Positions 1-9,500 of a stretch of 64,000 bases of DNA are shown piece after piece. The translations under genes and the position numbers were made by a program. Under the pieces are notes generated by a model. The model had not been told where the DNA came from. It was given only the letters and a program-made list of their open reading frames with translations, and did no database searches. How positions within the stretch are numbered: position 1 is the first letter of the stretch; each line of letters starts with the position of its first letter. Source of the DNA: a virus. Where the stretch lies: positions 1 to 64,000 of the IMG/VR virus record IMGVR_UViG_3300047160_020099. One strand, written 5' to 3'.

Positions 1-44
1 GACTGCTGGCGAGGGGTAATACCCCCGCCAGCAGTCCTTTTTTT
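1..44 (+). terminator. Intrinsic terminator
   Basis: GACTGCTGGCG-a-GGGG/TAATA/CCCC-CGCCAGCAGTC stem followed by a T7 run. Confidence 0.85.
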
Positions 45-49
45 AGCCA

Positions 50-78
50 TTGCCGGACGCTGATTCTTCGGGTAGGCT
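50..78 (+). promoter_or_regulatory. Putative host sigma70-type promoter
   Basis: TTGCCG-N17-TAGGCT upstream of the ORF at 120. Confidence 0.45.
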
Positions 79-90
79 GTCAAAACAGGC

Positions 91-104
91 AGTATTCCAA
101 TACT
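91..104. promoter_or_regulatory. Palindrome AGTATT-SS-AATACT, copy 1
   Basis: AGTATTCCAATACT between the putative promoter and the RBS. Confidence 0.8.
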
Positions 105-119
105 TTTGAGGAGTCAGCC

Positions 120-668
120 ATGACCAAGTCTTACGGGAAGTCGGGCCGCCACTATCGTTATGAGCCTACGGACAAGAAGGGCCAGGGTGCCCTGGAGTTC
201 TGGGCCGAGAACGGGATGATCTGCATGCTCGACGAGCGCATTCCACCTCGCGACCCCGATCACTTCGTCGTCCTGACCGTACGCGAGTTCCTCGTCAACC
301 TCCGGGCCATCAACGCTTCTATTCAGCGCTGTGCCAATGCGGTGGCCCGTGTCGCTCTAAGCCGTGGTGTGAATCCAGGTGGGGCGGCTACTGAAGAGCG
401 CGAAGCCTTGCAGAAGTTGGTAGAGGATGGCATTGCCGCAGCCAAGGAAGCACAGCGAATGGGCGACCCACTGAATCCCCGTCATGCCGCTGATATGATA
501 AAAGAGCGACGGAAGAGCATGCTTCATGCCGGCGTTTCTACACAGACAGCCGGTATGGGCGCTGGTGCCGTCAGCCAGGATATTGCCCCGGAAGCCAGGG
601 AACTTCCGCCACTGATCCTGCCCGGACAGGATACGCCAAAGTCTGACAAAAAGCTCATCATCCCTTGA
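120..668 (+). CDS. Hypothetical protein
   Basis: 182-aa ORF with GAGGAG RBS; no recognised motif. Confidence 0.75.
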   Translation: MTKSYGKSGRHYRYEPTDKKGQGALEFWAENGMICMLDERIPPRDPDHFVVLTVREFLVNLRAINASIQRCANAVARVALSRGVNPGGAATEEREALQKLVEDGIAAAKEAQRMGDPLNPRHAADMIKERRKSMLHAGVSTQTAGMGAGAVSQDIAPEARELPPLILPGQDTPKSDKKLIIP

Positions 669-686
669 AGTACCAAGGAGACTCCA

Positions 687-1034
687 GTGGCACTCACACC
701 TCGCGAGGCTTTCAAGATTGGCTTCGTTCTGCGGTGTGCAGACGAGGGACTGTCTGCCACTGAAACCAGCGAGCGGGTCGAGAAAGCTGCTGCTCTCCTT
801 GAGAAACAGGCCGGCCTGTGGGACACCACCAAGGGTATTGGCAACCTGGGATGGAATATTGGTGTTATCGCGCCCCTTGCAGTCGGCCTCGGCGGTGCTT
901 ACATGCTTCACAAGGCTACCGAGGACACCGTCGATGTGGAAGACTTGCGTAAGCGTGAGTTGATCGCGGAGATGAAGCACTGGGCCAGGCGTGCTCGCGA
1001 ACAAAAGAAGATGAAGCAGCTCTGGTCCTCGTAA
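687..1034 (+). CDS. Small putative virion protein with one hydrophobic segment
   Basis: AAGGAG RBS, GTG start; EKAA and EKQAG motifs precede the hydrophobic IGVIAPLAVGLGGAYML stretch. Confidence 0.7.
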   Translation: MALTPREAFKIGFVLRCADEGLSATETSERVEKAAALLEKQAGLWDTTKGIGNLGWNIGVIAPLAVGLGGAYMLHKATEDTVDVEDLRKRELIAEMKHWARRAREQKKMKQLWSS

Positions 1035-1046
1035 CAGGAGGCCTCG

Positions 1047-1973
1047 ATGTCAGAGAAAAAGTTGGTGCTTGGTGGCTTTGTAACCTGCCGTCCCGCGCCA
1101 ATCCTTTTCGACTACGGCAAACCCGTCGGCCTATCTCTTCTCAGTGACCTCCACATTGGCGCTCCACACGTCGATTACAAGCTCATCAAGGAAGAAATAC
1201 AGCAGGCTGTGGATCACGAGGACCGGATCCTGATCAATGGCGACGTGCTGGATCTCATCCTTTGCAAGGACATGAAGCGTTTCAGTCCTGACTGCTTGCA
1301 TCCGCGCCTTCAAGGCAAGCGCAATGTCCTCAACCAGGCCGTCAACTGGGCAGTCGAGCTTCTGAAGCCGGCAGCGCATCTTATCGACATGATCGGTTTC
1401 GGCAATCACGAAAGCGCAGTCGAAAAGTGGCATGGTTTCGACCCTATTGCCGTCATCGTCGAGAAGCTTCAGAGCGGTCTACATCCTGTCCACGCTGGTC
1501 ACGTCATTCATTACGGCGGTTTCACTGGCTTTGTGGACTACCGCCTTCGCCATCCCCCTGTCGAGCAACGCCACGGCACCCGCTTCGTGATCTACTATCA
1601 TCACGGTGCCGGCCATAACGCTCCCGTCACCAAGGGCCTCATCGACTTCAACCGCTGTGATACGTTCGTGGACGCCGACATGATCTGGCTGGGCCACAAG
1701 CACAACCGGCTTCACGTCGCTGTCCAGAAACTATCCTGTGCATTGAGTGGTGACGACCCACGGGTCAAAGATGTTCGCCACGTCATGACGGGAGCATACT
1801 TCAAGACTTACGTCGGCCAGTCACAAGAAAGCGTCCGCAAGCACGGGCGTAGGAGCAATTATGCTGCCGACGCCTGCATGCCGCCTCAAGGAACGGGTGG
1901 TGCCCGGGTTGAGCTGACAGTACGCCAGTCTCAGGGCAAGACTGACCTCCTCAACATCCGTGTTAGCCAGTAA
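1047..1973 (+). CDS. Calcineurin-like metallophosphoesterase
   Basis: Motifs SDLHIG, NGDVLD, GNHE, HHGAG and GHKH in canonical order. Confidence 0.88.
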   Translation: MSEKKLVLGGFVTCRPAPILFDYGKPVGLSLLSDLHIGAPHVDYKLIKEEIQQAVDHEDRILINGDVLDLILCKDMKRFSPDCLHPRLQGKRNVLNQAVNWAVELLKPAAHLIDMIGFGNHESAVEKWHGFDPIAVIVEKLQSGLHPVHAGHVIHYGGFTGFVDYRLRHPPVEQRHGTRFVIYYHHGAGHNAPVTKGLIDFNRCDTFVDADMIWLGHKHNRLHVAVQKLSCALSGDDPRVKDVRHVMTGAYFKTYVGQSQESVRKHGRRSNYAADACMPPQGTGGARVELTVRQSQGKTDLLNIRVSQ

Positions 1974-2063
1974 AAGAGGTGTTTTATCTCGCTCTTTAGA
2001 TTCTTCGGAGAGCAGGGCGATGAACACGGGGGCCACCTGTTTTGGTCAGAAGCACTGGGCGGG

Positions 2064-2351
2064 TTGCCGTTCCGGGGACCGGCCGCGCCTTTACTGACCC
2101 GCGACGAGTTGGAAAACATGGTGGAGATCCACCATGATTATCATTGCGAGACGTTTGATCTGACCGACCCCGAACAGAAGGCGCGATACGTTCACGTCAT
2201 GACGCGAGTCGTCAATGGCTGGTACATTGTGCATAAGAGCACAGAGCCAACGCCAACTACTCGCATCCTTGAGTGGTCGCAACGCTACGGAGAACTGTCG
2301 CCCAGCGCAAAGGCGGCCATCGGAGGAAGGTCATATGACGTCCCTCGCTAA
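2064..2351 (+). CDS. Hypothetical protein (start uncertain; frame open back to 1974)
   Basis: ORF fills the gap between flanking genes and overlaps the next start. Confidence 0.6.
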   Translation: MPFRGPAAPLLTRDELENMVEIHHDYHCETFDLTDPEQKARYVHVMTRVVNGWYIVHKSTEPTPTTRILEWSQRYGELSPSAKAAIGGRSYDVPR

Positions 2352-3588
2352 TTTCATGGTCAAGATCGGCGGCCCGTACGTCGCCACCATGTCTCCTGAA
2401 CATGCACAGCACAACGAAGCCATGAAGGCTGAGGCCTTACGTAGGCTGCTGCGCATTAGCTTGCGAACCGCTGGTGCTGGTGCTGGCCTTGGGCTACTGG
2501 CTGGCTGGCTCGGCCGCAAGAACGTGCCGCGGCCGGAGAGTGAAGATATAGACGTTGACGTGCCGTACCCGCAGCTCAAGACAGGCGCTGTCAGCCCAAC
2601 GATGCCGTTGTTGTTGCCGCTTGTGGGCCTTGGCGCCGGTACTGCCTATGGTGCTATCCGATCGTCACACAGCCCCGGCTACGGGGCGACCTATGGGGCC
2701 GTCCGTGGACTTGGCGAGGGCGGCGGTGCTGGGCTGGGCAATCTGGGCGGTCAATATGGTGGTCTGGCGCTTGGAGAGGCATTGGCCAGCCTGCTGCCAG
2801 CCGGACGTCCCACACTCAAAAAGGCCCTGGCCACGGCTGGTCGATGGCTAGGTGGTACTGCCGGCGGTGCCGGTGGCGCTTACGCAGGCAACAGGGCGAC
2901 AGACCTTCTAGCCCGCGAGGTTCTCGGTAAGCCGCCGTGGCCGACCAAGCGAGCTGACTGGGCTGATGTCGTCACCAAGACGATCATGCCCACCACGCCC
3001 GGCGACACCATGCCGTCTATACTCATGCCTCGTTGGTGGCGTGGTGATTCACAGACTGCTCCTCACCGGATGCCCTGGTTCGGCGCCGCAGCTGCCGGCG
3101 CTGGCCTTGGCGGCTTCTTCGGCGGCAGTGCATTGATCCGACACCTGCTCAAGAAGAAGCGGCAGGCATCGCTTGACGCTGAAGTGGAGGCTGCCAAGAA
3201 GGAGTACGAGGACGCGATGATGGGGCAGTATGATCCCGAGAAGGTCCACAAGCTGGCGTCAGTGAAGAAGGACCGGCTGGACACTGCTTTCGATGTGCTG
3301 GAAAAGACTGGCTGGGACTCGAACGCCATTCTCGGCAACCTTGGTAGCGGGTATGGCGCCTTGGCAGCAATACTTGCCGGTGCCTCCGGCTATGGTCTGT
3401 GGAGGTTCCTCCGCGACAAGAGCAAGGCCAAGCTCTACACGGACGCCCTGAAGCAGCGGGCGCTGATCCGGCAGCTGTCCAACCCGCCGGAAGTGTACTT
3501 GCACCCCGTGCCGGCACATCGCAATGACAAGGGCGACGTGGTAGAAGACAGCCCCAACGCTGACACGTTGCGTGAAATAGGCGTTTGA
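2335..3588 (+). CDS. Glycine-zipper-rich putative internal virion protein
   Basis: ATG 2335 follows GGAGG; several GxxxG hydrophobic tracts separated by K-x-[AG] motifs. Confidence 0.7.
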   Translation: MTSLANFMVKIGGPYVATMSPEHAQHNEAMKAEALRRLLRISLRTAGAGAGLGLLAGWLGRKNVPRPESEDIDVDVPYPQLKTGAVSPTMPLLLPLVGLGAGTAYGAIRSSHSPGYGATYGAVRGLGEGGGAGLGNLGGQYGGLALGEALASLLPAGRPTLKKALATAGRWLGGTAGGAGGAYAGNRATDLLAREVLGKPPWPTKRADWADVVTKTIMPTTPGDTMPSILMPRWWRGDSQTAPHRMPWFGAAAAGAGLGGFFGGSALIRHLLKKKRQASLDAEVEAAKKEYEDAMMGQYDPEKVHKLASVKKDRLDTAFDVLEKTGWDSNAILGNLGSGYGALAAILAGASGYGLWRFLRDKSKAKLYTDALKQRALIRQLSNPPEVYLHPVPAHRNDKGDVVEDSPNADTLREIGV

Positions 3589-3590
3589 TC

Positions 3591-6500
3591 ATGCCCGACG
3601 TCATTACGCCAAGTCTGATGGAGTCTGCTCCCGTAGAGACTCCCAAGCTGGCCGACCCCAGCCAGATGCGCGAGTTCGGCGACGCTGATGCTACGCGCAA
3701 GGCCATCTACGACAATCTTCTTGTTTCTGCTGGCAAGATCCCCACGGTCAAGAACAAGTTCTACTCCCTCTCCGTCGAGGAGCCACATTATGACGGCCCC
3801 GACCATTACTCTATCGCCGAGCAGAAGAAAGCAATTCTTGAAGGGCGTACGCTCTCACGGCGACTTCGTGGCACCTGGGTTCTGAAGGACAACGACGGCA
3901 AGGAGGTCGAGCGGAAGCTCATGACGTTGGCACAGGTGCCGCACATGACCAACCGCGGCACCTTCATCCTCAACGGCAACGAGTACACACTCTCCCACCA
4001 GATGCGGCTCCGTTCCGGTGTGTTCACACGCATCAAGGAGAACGGTGAGATCGAGTCGCACCTGAACATCTTGCCTGGCAAGGGTCTCTCTCATCACTAC
4101 TTCCTGGAACCAGCGACCGGTATCTTCAAGGTCCAGGTCCGGCAGTCGGCCATGCCGCTCCTACCCTTGTTGCGGACGCTGGGTGTTACTCCCGAAGAGA
4201 TGAAGGGAGCGTGGGGGCCTGACCTGTATGCGGCTAACCAGCTCAAGGACGATCCACGGGTTGTGGACAAGCTGTACGACAAATTCGTCAGCAAGAAGGA
4301 AACCGGGCTGAGCCACCAGGAAAAGGAGCAGGCGGTCAAGAACGCCATCACGGCGATGGAGCTGGACCCGGAGGTCACGTCACGTACTCTTGGCAAGCCG
4401 TACGCACGGCTGGATCGCGACGCAGCACTGGCCACGACGAGGAAGTTGCTCACAGTGAGTCGTGGTGAGATGGAGCCTGATGACCGTGACCACCTGGCCT
4501 TCCAGCACTTCCTTGGGCCAGAGGATCTTTTGGCTGAGCGGATCGGGCGTGATCGTGGTGTCTTGAATCAGTTGCTATGGAGGGCGACAAGTCGGAAGGG
4601 ATTGGCCGGCGTGCAGCCGAACGTCTTCACGAAGCACGTTAACGCTGCAATCATGGATAGTGGACTTGGTCAATCTCTTGAGGAGATAAACGGAGCCGAC
4701 GTGTTTGATCAGCAGACGCGGGTATCGCGGTTGGGGTATGGCGGAATCCCCTGTCATTCTGCCGATACTGAAGTGTTTACAGCAGAGGGTTGGAAGGCGT
4801 GGCCAGCTGTCACGATGGCTGATCGACTCGCCTGCGTAATTGATAGACAGCTAGCTTTCCGCTGTCCGCGACAATTGTTTGCAGAGACTTATAACGGGGA
4901 GATGCTGCAAGCAGTCAATGAGCAGATAGATTACCTAGTGACACCGCAGCACCGTATGTACGTCCTGCCGACTGATGAGCCGGAACCATCGTGGCAGTTC
5001 AAAACTGCGGAAGAGATACACGGTAAATGTGTGTGGCAGCTGTTGGGTAAGGCGGGTCGTAGTATCTCGCAGTTGGCTGGCATTGTCGTTCAACCTGAAC
5101 ACTACCAGCGGATAGCATATGCTGGTCGGGTCTATTGCGCCGAGATCGAAGGCGGGCTCTTGTTGACCAGACGGAATGGCAAACTTCTTTGGTCCGGCAA
5201 TTCCATTGATGCGGTCCCTGATGAGGCCCGCTCAGTACAGCCTTCACATCTTGGATACGTAGACCTACTTCGCACACCGGAATGTTCAGGGCCACTGACC
5301 GAGGTCATGACTAGCAAAGGCTGGAAGTTTTGGCCAACGGTAACAGCCGATGACGAACTGGCCTGCTTGATTGACGACCGTCTTGAGTTCCATAAGCCGT
5401 TGAAGCTCATCGCTGCCGATTACGTCGGCCCGATGTGTGGCGCTCGCACAGATACTCTGGAGTATCTGAATACTCCCAACCATCGGCAGTATGTTCGTCC
5501 GATGCACAAGGGCGCTACGTGGCGAATCGAAACATCCGAGCAAATCGGCACCAAGTCTAGGATCCATCGCACAGGCGGGCATTTGCCGTGGGCCGGCATG
5601 CCCCAGTCCATGTTCGAGCTTCCTGCGATCGAGCGACTCGGCAATCATACGAACACTGTTCCGCCCATTCCGTTTCAGGACTGGGCAGAATTCATGGGTT
5701 GGTATCTCTCGGAGGGGCACTGCACCTATGAGGAGGTGAGGCCTACTTACAACGTAGGTATCTCTCAGAGCCAAGAAGCCAATCCTGAGAACTGCCAGCG
5801 TATCGAAGCGTTACTGGCCCGATTGCCGTTCGCGTGGCACTACAACCGGTCGATGCGATGCTACATCTTGCAGGGCAAGCAACTGGCATCCTATTGCCGC
5901 CAGTTCGGCTACTGCCAGGACAAGTGGATCCCGCGGGAACTGCTTGAAGCCGATGAGCCTACCCGTCGTCTCTTGATGGAGTCGATGCTGCTCGGAGACG
6001 GTCACCGCAGGAACGGAACTTCAAAGCGTGACCGATACGACACTACGAGCGAGAAGCTAGCCCAGGATTTTCAGTGGCTGGCTTTCACACTTGGTATTCC
6101 ATCGCGTATCACACGGAGTGTTGACAAGCGCAAAGAAAGCTATCTGCCGGTCTTCAGTGTCAATCTACATGACCGTACCGAACGGCAGATCCATCAATGC
6201 AATCGCTACACCATCCCGTACAGCGGCAAGGTGTATTGCGCTTCTGTGCCCGGTGGTTTGTTGTACATACGACATGGCGATACTGCCGGACATTGGTCCG
6301 GCAATAGCTTTCGCGTCGGTGTTGACTCCCGCGTCTCCTACGCCGCTCGCAAAGGTTCCGACCGCCGTATCTACACACCGTTCATCGACGCCCACTCTGG
6401 CCAGACCGTCTGGAAGTCGCCGCAGGAAGTAGCCGACTCCGTTATCGGTTTCCAGGATGCAGGCTGGGCTGCCCACGGTCTCGTGCCAGCACAAGTCGCC

Positions 6501-9485
6501 GGCAAGACGCGTATGGTCATGCCGAACAAGATCGACTTCTGGCTCCCTCACATGGAGCAAGCCTTCTCCCCGCTCAATAACCTGGTGCCGCTCAAGTCCA
6601 CGATCAAGGGTCAGCGGGCGGCCATGGCTTCCCGCTTCATCACCCAGGCACTACCACTGAACAAACCCGACGCGCCATTGGTTCGCGGACAGGTGCCTAA
6701 CCGTCCTGGCCAGTCATTCGAGGAGTTCTACGGCAGGTTCATGGGCGCTGTGCAGGCTGCTAACAGCCCAGGACGTGTGGCGTCTGTAACGCCTGACGAA
6801 ATCGTTGTCAAGCACGCGGACGGGACTACAAGGAACTACGAGCTATACAAGACGTTCCCGTACAATCGCAAGACTTACCTTCACAACACCCCACTTGTGC
6901 AAGAAGGCGACCCTGTTCAGCCTGGCCAGTTGCTCGCCAAGAGCAATCAAACCGACGACCAGGGCCACGTCGCCCTCGGCAAGAATCTCCGTGTTGCTTA
7001 CATCCCGTTCCGTGGTGGTAACTACGAAGACGCCTACATCATCTCGGAATCGGCCGCCAAGAAGCTAACCAGTGAGCACATGTATCAACATGTGCTGGAA
7101 TGGGACCCCAGCCACCGTAAGGGTAAGAGGATTTACTCCTCGATCTTCCCCGGCACTTACGACAAGAAGACGCTGGACAAGATGGATGACGATGGTGTCA
7201 TCAAGGAAGGTGAGACCGTTCACTTCAATGACCCGGTCGTTCTGGTCGCTGCCGAACGTGAGTTGTCGCAGAAGCAGATTCACTCGGCACACAAAGGCTC
7301 CTTCGTCGATCGCTCGTTGACATGGGAGCACCACGCCGACGGTATCGTTACCGACGTGGCCAAGACGCCGAAGGGCATTACGGTAGCCATTCGCGGGCTG
7401 GCCCCTTCGAACATTGGAGATAAAATTAGTGGGAGATTCGGCGATAAAGGGGTAGTGTCGCAAATCGTCCCCGACGACCAGATGCCTCACGATGAAGAGG
7501 GCCGCCCGTACGAAGTGCTGGCCAACCCACTCGGCATCATTTCACGCTGCAACGTCGGCCAGGCCATCGAAGCACGTCTGGGTAGGATTGCCGAGCGCAC
7601 CGGCAAGCCGTTCGTCATCGAGGACTTCCCGGCTGACGGTCGCGATATTACCCAGTGGGCAATGGACCAGGTGGCCAAGGCCGGCTTGCCCGACACCGAA
7701 ACGGTCATTGACCCAGCCACCGGCAAGCACATACCTGGCGTGCTGACAGGCAACCGCTACTTCATGAAGCTGATGCATACGGCCGAAGCGAAAGGTCAAG
7801 GCCGTGGTCTTGGTGCCTACACCGCGGAAGACGTGCCGGCTCGCGGTGGCGCCGAGGGCTCCAAGAAATTTGCCATGATGGACCTGCACGCAGTTCTCTC
7901 TCATGGTGCCACGGAAGTTCTCCGCGACGCCAAGCTGGTCCGCGGCCAGAAGAACCAGGAATACTGGTCGAACTACATGAGTGGTTTCCGTCCGCCCACT
8001 CCCAGGCCGCCTATTGTCTACGACAAGTTCATCAACATGCTGAAGGGTGCCGGCATCAACGTCCTTCGCGACGGCCAAAAGATGCGCATCATGGCTCTGA
8101 CGGATAAGGCCATCGACAAACTTAGCGAGGATCGAGAGCTTCAGAACGCCGAAACCGTTGACTGGAAGACTGGCTTGCAACCCAAGAGAGGCGGCCTCTT
8201 CGACGTACACCTGACGGGCGGTCACAGCGGCAACCGCTGGTGCCACATCAAGCTAGTCGAGCCCATGCCGAATCCAGTCATGGAGGAGCCTATTCGCCGG
8301 CTGCTCGGTCTGACGGCCAAGAAGTTCGAGGCTGTCGTGGCCGGACAGGAACAGCTCGACGGGCGTACCGGCCCTGCTGCCATCTCCGCGGCCCTCAACC
8401 GGGTGAATCTGGACCAGGCCATCGAGCAAGCACTGGCCGACGCGAAGTCTGGTCGAAAGACTCTTCGCGATAACGCCATCCGCAAGATTGGCTTCCTGGC
8501 CGGGGCCAAGAAAAATGGCATACACCCTCGCGAGTGGATGCTCTCCAAGGTGCCCGTCCTGCCGCCGCTTTTCCGTCCCGTTTCTGTCATGCAAGGCACG
8601 GGCGGGCAGCTAATCAGTGACGCCAACTACCTCTACAAGGAAGTGTTCGACGCCAACCAGCTACTCGGCCAACTCAAGCAGGCGACGGACGACGTCGGTG
8701 AAGAGCGACTGAACCTGTACAAAGCCTTCAAGGGCGTTACTGGCCTTGGCGAGCCTACACAGCCCAAGAACCAGGAGCGACGGGTCAAAGGCATGTTGGC
8801 CCAGATATTCGGAACGAGCCCCAAGTGGTCGTTCGTGCAGCAGAAGCTGCTCGGCACAGCCGTGGACCTCGTCGGCCGAGCTACTGTCATCCCGAATCCC
8901 GACTTGAACATGGACCAGGTCGGCTTGCCAGAGACTCGTGCCTGGGAGGTCTACACGCCCTTCGTGGTGCGTCGAATGGTGCGTCGTGGCGTGCCCCGTG
9001 TGCAGGCACTGGAGTATGCCAGGGACCATCATGCGCTCGCCCGGCAAGCTTTGATGGAGGAGCTCAACGAGCGGCCGGTGCTGGTCAACCGTGCTCCGGT
9101 GCTGCACCGCTACGGCATGATGGCCTTCTGGCCGCGACTGACCAAGGGAGATGTGCTGCAAGTGCCGCCACTGATTGTGGGCGGGTTTGGCATGGACTTC
9201 GACGGTGACGCTGCCAACTACCACGTGCCTGCCTCCGACGAGGCAAGAGATGAAGCCCTGGCCAAGATGTTGCCGTCGCACAATCTTTTCAGTGTGAGCC
9301 GGTTCCGAGTTCACTATTTGCCCCGGCAAGAATATCTTTCTGGGCTTTGGGCAGCCACGAATGGTGTAAACTCAAAGCAACGCCCTCGGGTGTTTGCCAC
9401 TACCCGGGAAGCAATCGAAGCTTTCAATCGCGGAGAGCTTGAGCCAGGGCAGCGGGTTGAGATCATGGAACACAGCAAGCCCTAA
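3591..9485 (+). CDS. rpoB: Phage multisubunit RNA polymerase: beta fused to the N-terminal (catalytic) part of beta', with two inteins
   Basis: Beta motifs FILNGNEYTLSHQ, GNYEDAYIISE, GDKISGRFGDKG, LANPLGIISRCNVGQ, YFMKLMH; after about 8080, beta' motifs VPVLPPLFRP, LLGTAVDLVGRA, VLVNRAPVLHR and DFDGD (9195-9209). Confidence 0.95.
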   Translation: MPDVITPSLMESAPVETPKLADPSQMREFGDADATRKAIYDNLLVSAGKIPTVKNKFYSLSVEEPHYDGPDHYSIAEQKKAILEGRTLSRRLRGTWVLKDNDGKEVERKLMTLAQVPHMTNRGTFILNGNEYTLSHQMRLRSGVFTRIKENGEIESHLNILPGKGLSHHYFLEPATGIFKVQVRQSAMPLLPLLRTLGVTPEEMKGAWGPDLYAANQLKDDPRVVDKLYDKFVSKKETGLSHQEKEQAVKNAITAMELDPEVTSRTLGKPYARLDRDAALATTRKLLTVSRGEMEPDDRDHLAFQHFLGPEDLLAERIGRDRGVLNQLLWRATSRKGLAGVQPNVFTKHVNAAIMDSGLGQSLEEINGADVFDQQTRVSRLGYGGIPCHSADTEVFTAEGWKAWPAVTMADRLACVIDRQLAFRCPRQLFAETYNGEMLQAVNEQIDYLVTPQHRMYVLPTDEPEPSWQFKTAEEIHGKCVWQLLGKAGRSISQLAGIVVQPEHYQRIAYAGRVYCAEIEGGLLLTRRNGKLLWSGNSIDAVPDEARSVQPSHLGYVDLLRTPECSGPLTEVMTSKGWKFWPTVTADDELACLIDDRLEFHKPLKLIAADYVGPMCGARTDTLEYLNTPNHRQYVRPMHKGATWRIETSEQIGTKSRIHRTGGHLPWAGMPQSMFELPAIERLGNHTNTVPPIPFQDWAEFMGWYLSEGHCTYEEVRPTYNVGISQSQEANPENCQRIEALLARLPFAWHYNRSMRCYILQGKQLASYCRQFGYCQDKWIPRELLEADEPTRRLLMESMLLGDGHRRNGTSKRDRYDTTSEKLAQDFQWLAFTLGIPSRITRSVDKRKESYLPVFSVNLHDRTERQIHQCNRYTIPYSGKVYCASVPGGLLYIRHGDTAGHWSGNSFRVGVDSRVSYAARKGSDRRIYTPFIDAHSGQTVWKSPQEVADSVIGFQDAGWAAHGLVPAQVAGKTRMVMPNKIDFWLPHMEQAFSPLNNLVPLKSTIKGQRAAMASRFITQALPLNKPDAPLVRGQVPNRPGQSFEEFYGRFMGAVQAANSPGRVASVTPDEIVVKHADGTTRNYELYKTFPYNRKTYLHNTPLVQEGDPVQPGQLLAKSNQTDDQGHVALGKNLRVAYIPFRGGNYEDAYIISESAAKKLTSEHMYQHVLEWDPSHRKGKRIYSSIFPGTYDKKTLDKMDDDGVIKEGETVHFNDPVVLVAAERELSQKQIHSAHKGSFVDRSLTWEHHADGIVTDVAKTPKGITVAIRGLAPSNIGDKISGRFGDKGVVSQIVPDDQMPHDEEGRPYEVLANPLGIISRCNVGQAIEARLGRIAERTGKPFVIEDFPADGRDITQWAMDQVAKAGLPDTETVIDPATGKHIPGVLTGNRYFMKLMHTAEAKGQGRGLGAYTAEDVPARGGAEGSKKFAMMDLHAVLSHGATEVLRDAKLVRGQKNQEYWSNYMSGFRPPTPRPPIVYDKFINMLKGAGINVLRDGQKMRIMALTDKAIDKLSEDRELQNAETVDWKTGLQPKRGGLFDVHLTGGHSGNRWCHIKLVEPMPNPVMEEPIRRLLGLTAKKFEAVVAGQEQLDGRTGPAAISAALNRVNLDQAIEQALADAKSGRKTLRDNAIRKIGFLAGAKKNGIHPREWMLSKVPVLPPLFRPVSVMQGTGGQLISDANYLYKEVFDANQLLGQLKQATDDVGEERLNLYKAFKGVTGLGEPTQPKNQERRVKGMLAQIFGTSPKWSFVQQKLLGTAVDLVGRATVIPNPDLNMDQVGLPETRAWEVYTPFVVRRMVRRGVPRVQALEYARDHHALARQALMEELNERPVLVNRAPVLHRYGMMAFWPRLTKGDVLQVPPLIVGGFGMDFDGDAANYHVPASDEARDEALAKMLPSHNLFSVSRFRVHYLPRQEYLSGLWAATNGVNSKQRPRVFATTREAIEAFNRGELEPGQRVEIMEHSKP
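4752..5201 (+). mobile_element. Mini-intein 1 (150 aa, no endonuclease) in RNAP beta
   Basis: Begins CHSADTEVFTAEGW after GYGGIP; block B VTPQHRM; block F VYCAEI; ends WSGN followed by Ser. Confidence 0.9.
5283..6305 (+). mobile_element. Intein 2 (341 aa) with LAGLIDADG homing endonuclease in RNAP beta
   Basis: Begins CSGPLTEVMTSKGW after RTPE; TPNHR; FMGWYLSEG, MESMLLGDG and TTSEKLAQDFQWLAFTLGI blocks; ends WSGN followed by Ser. Confidence 0.92.
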
Positions 9486-9500
9486 CGATAGGAAGTCATC

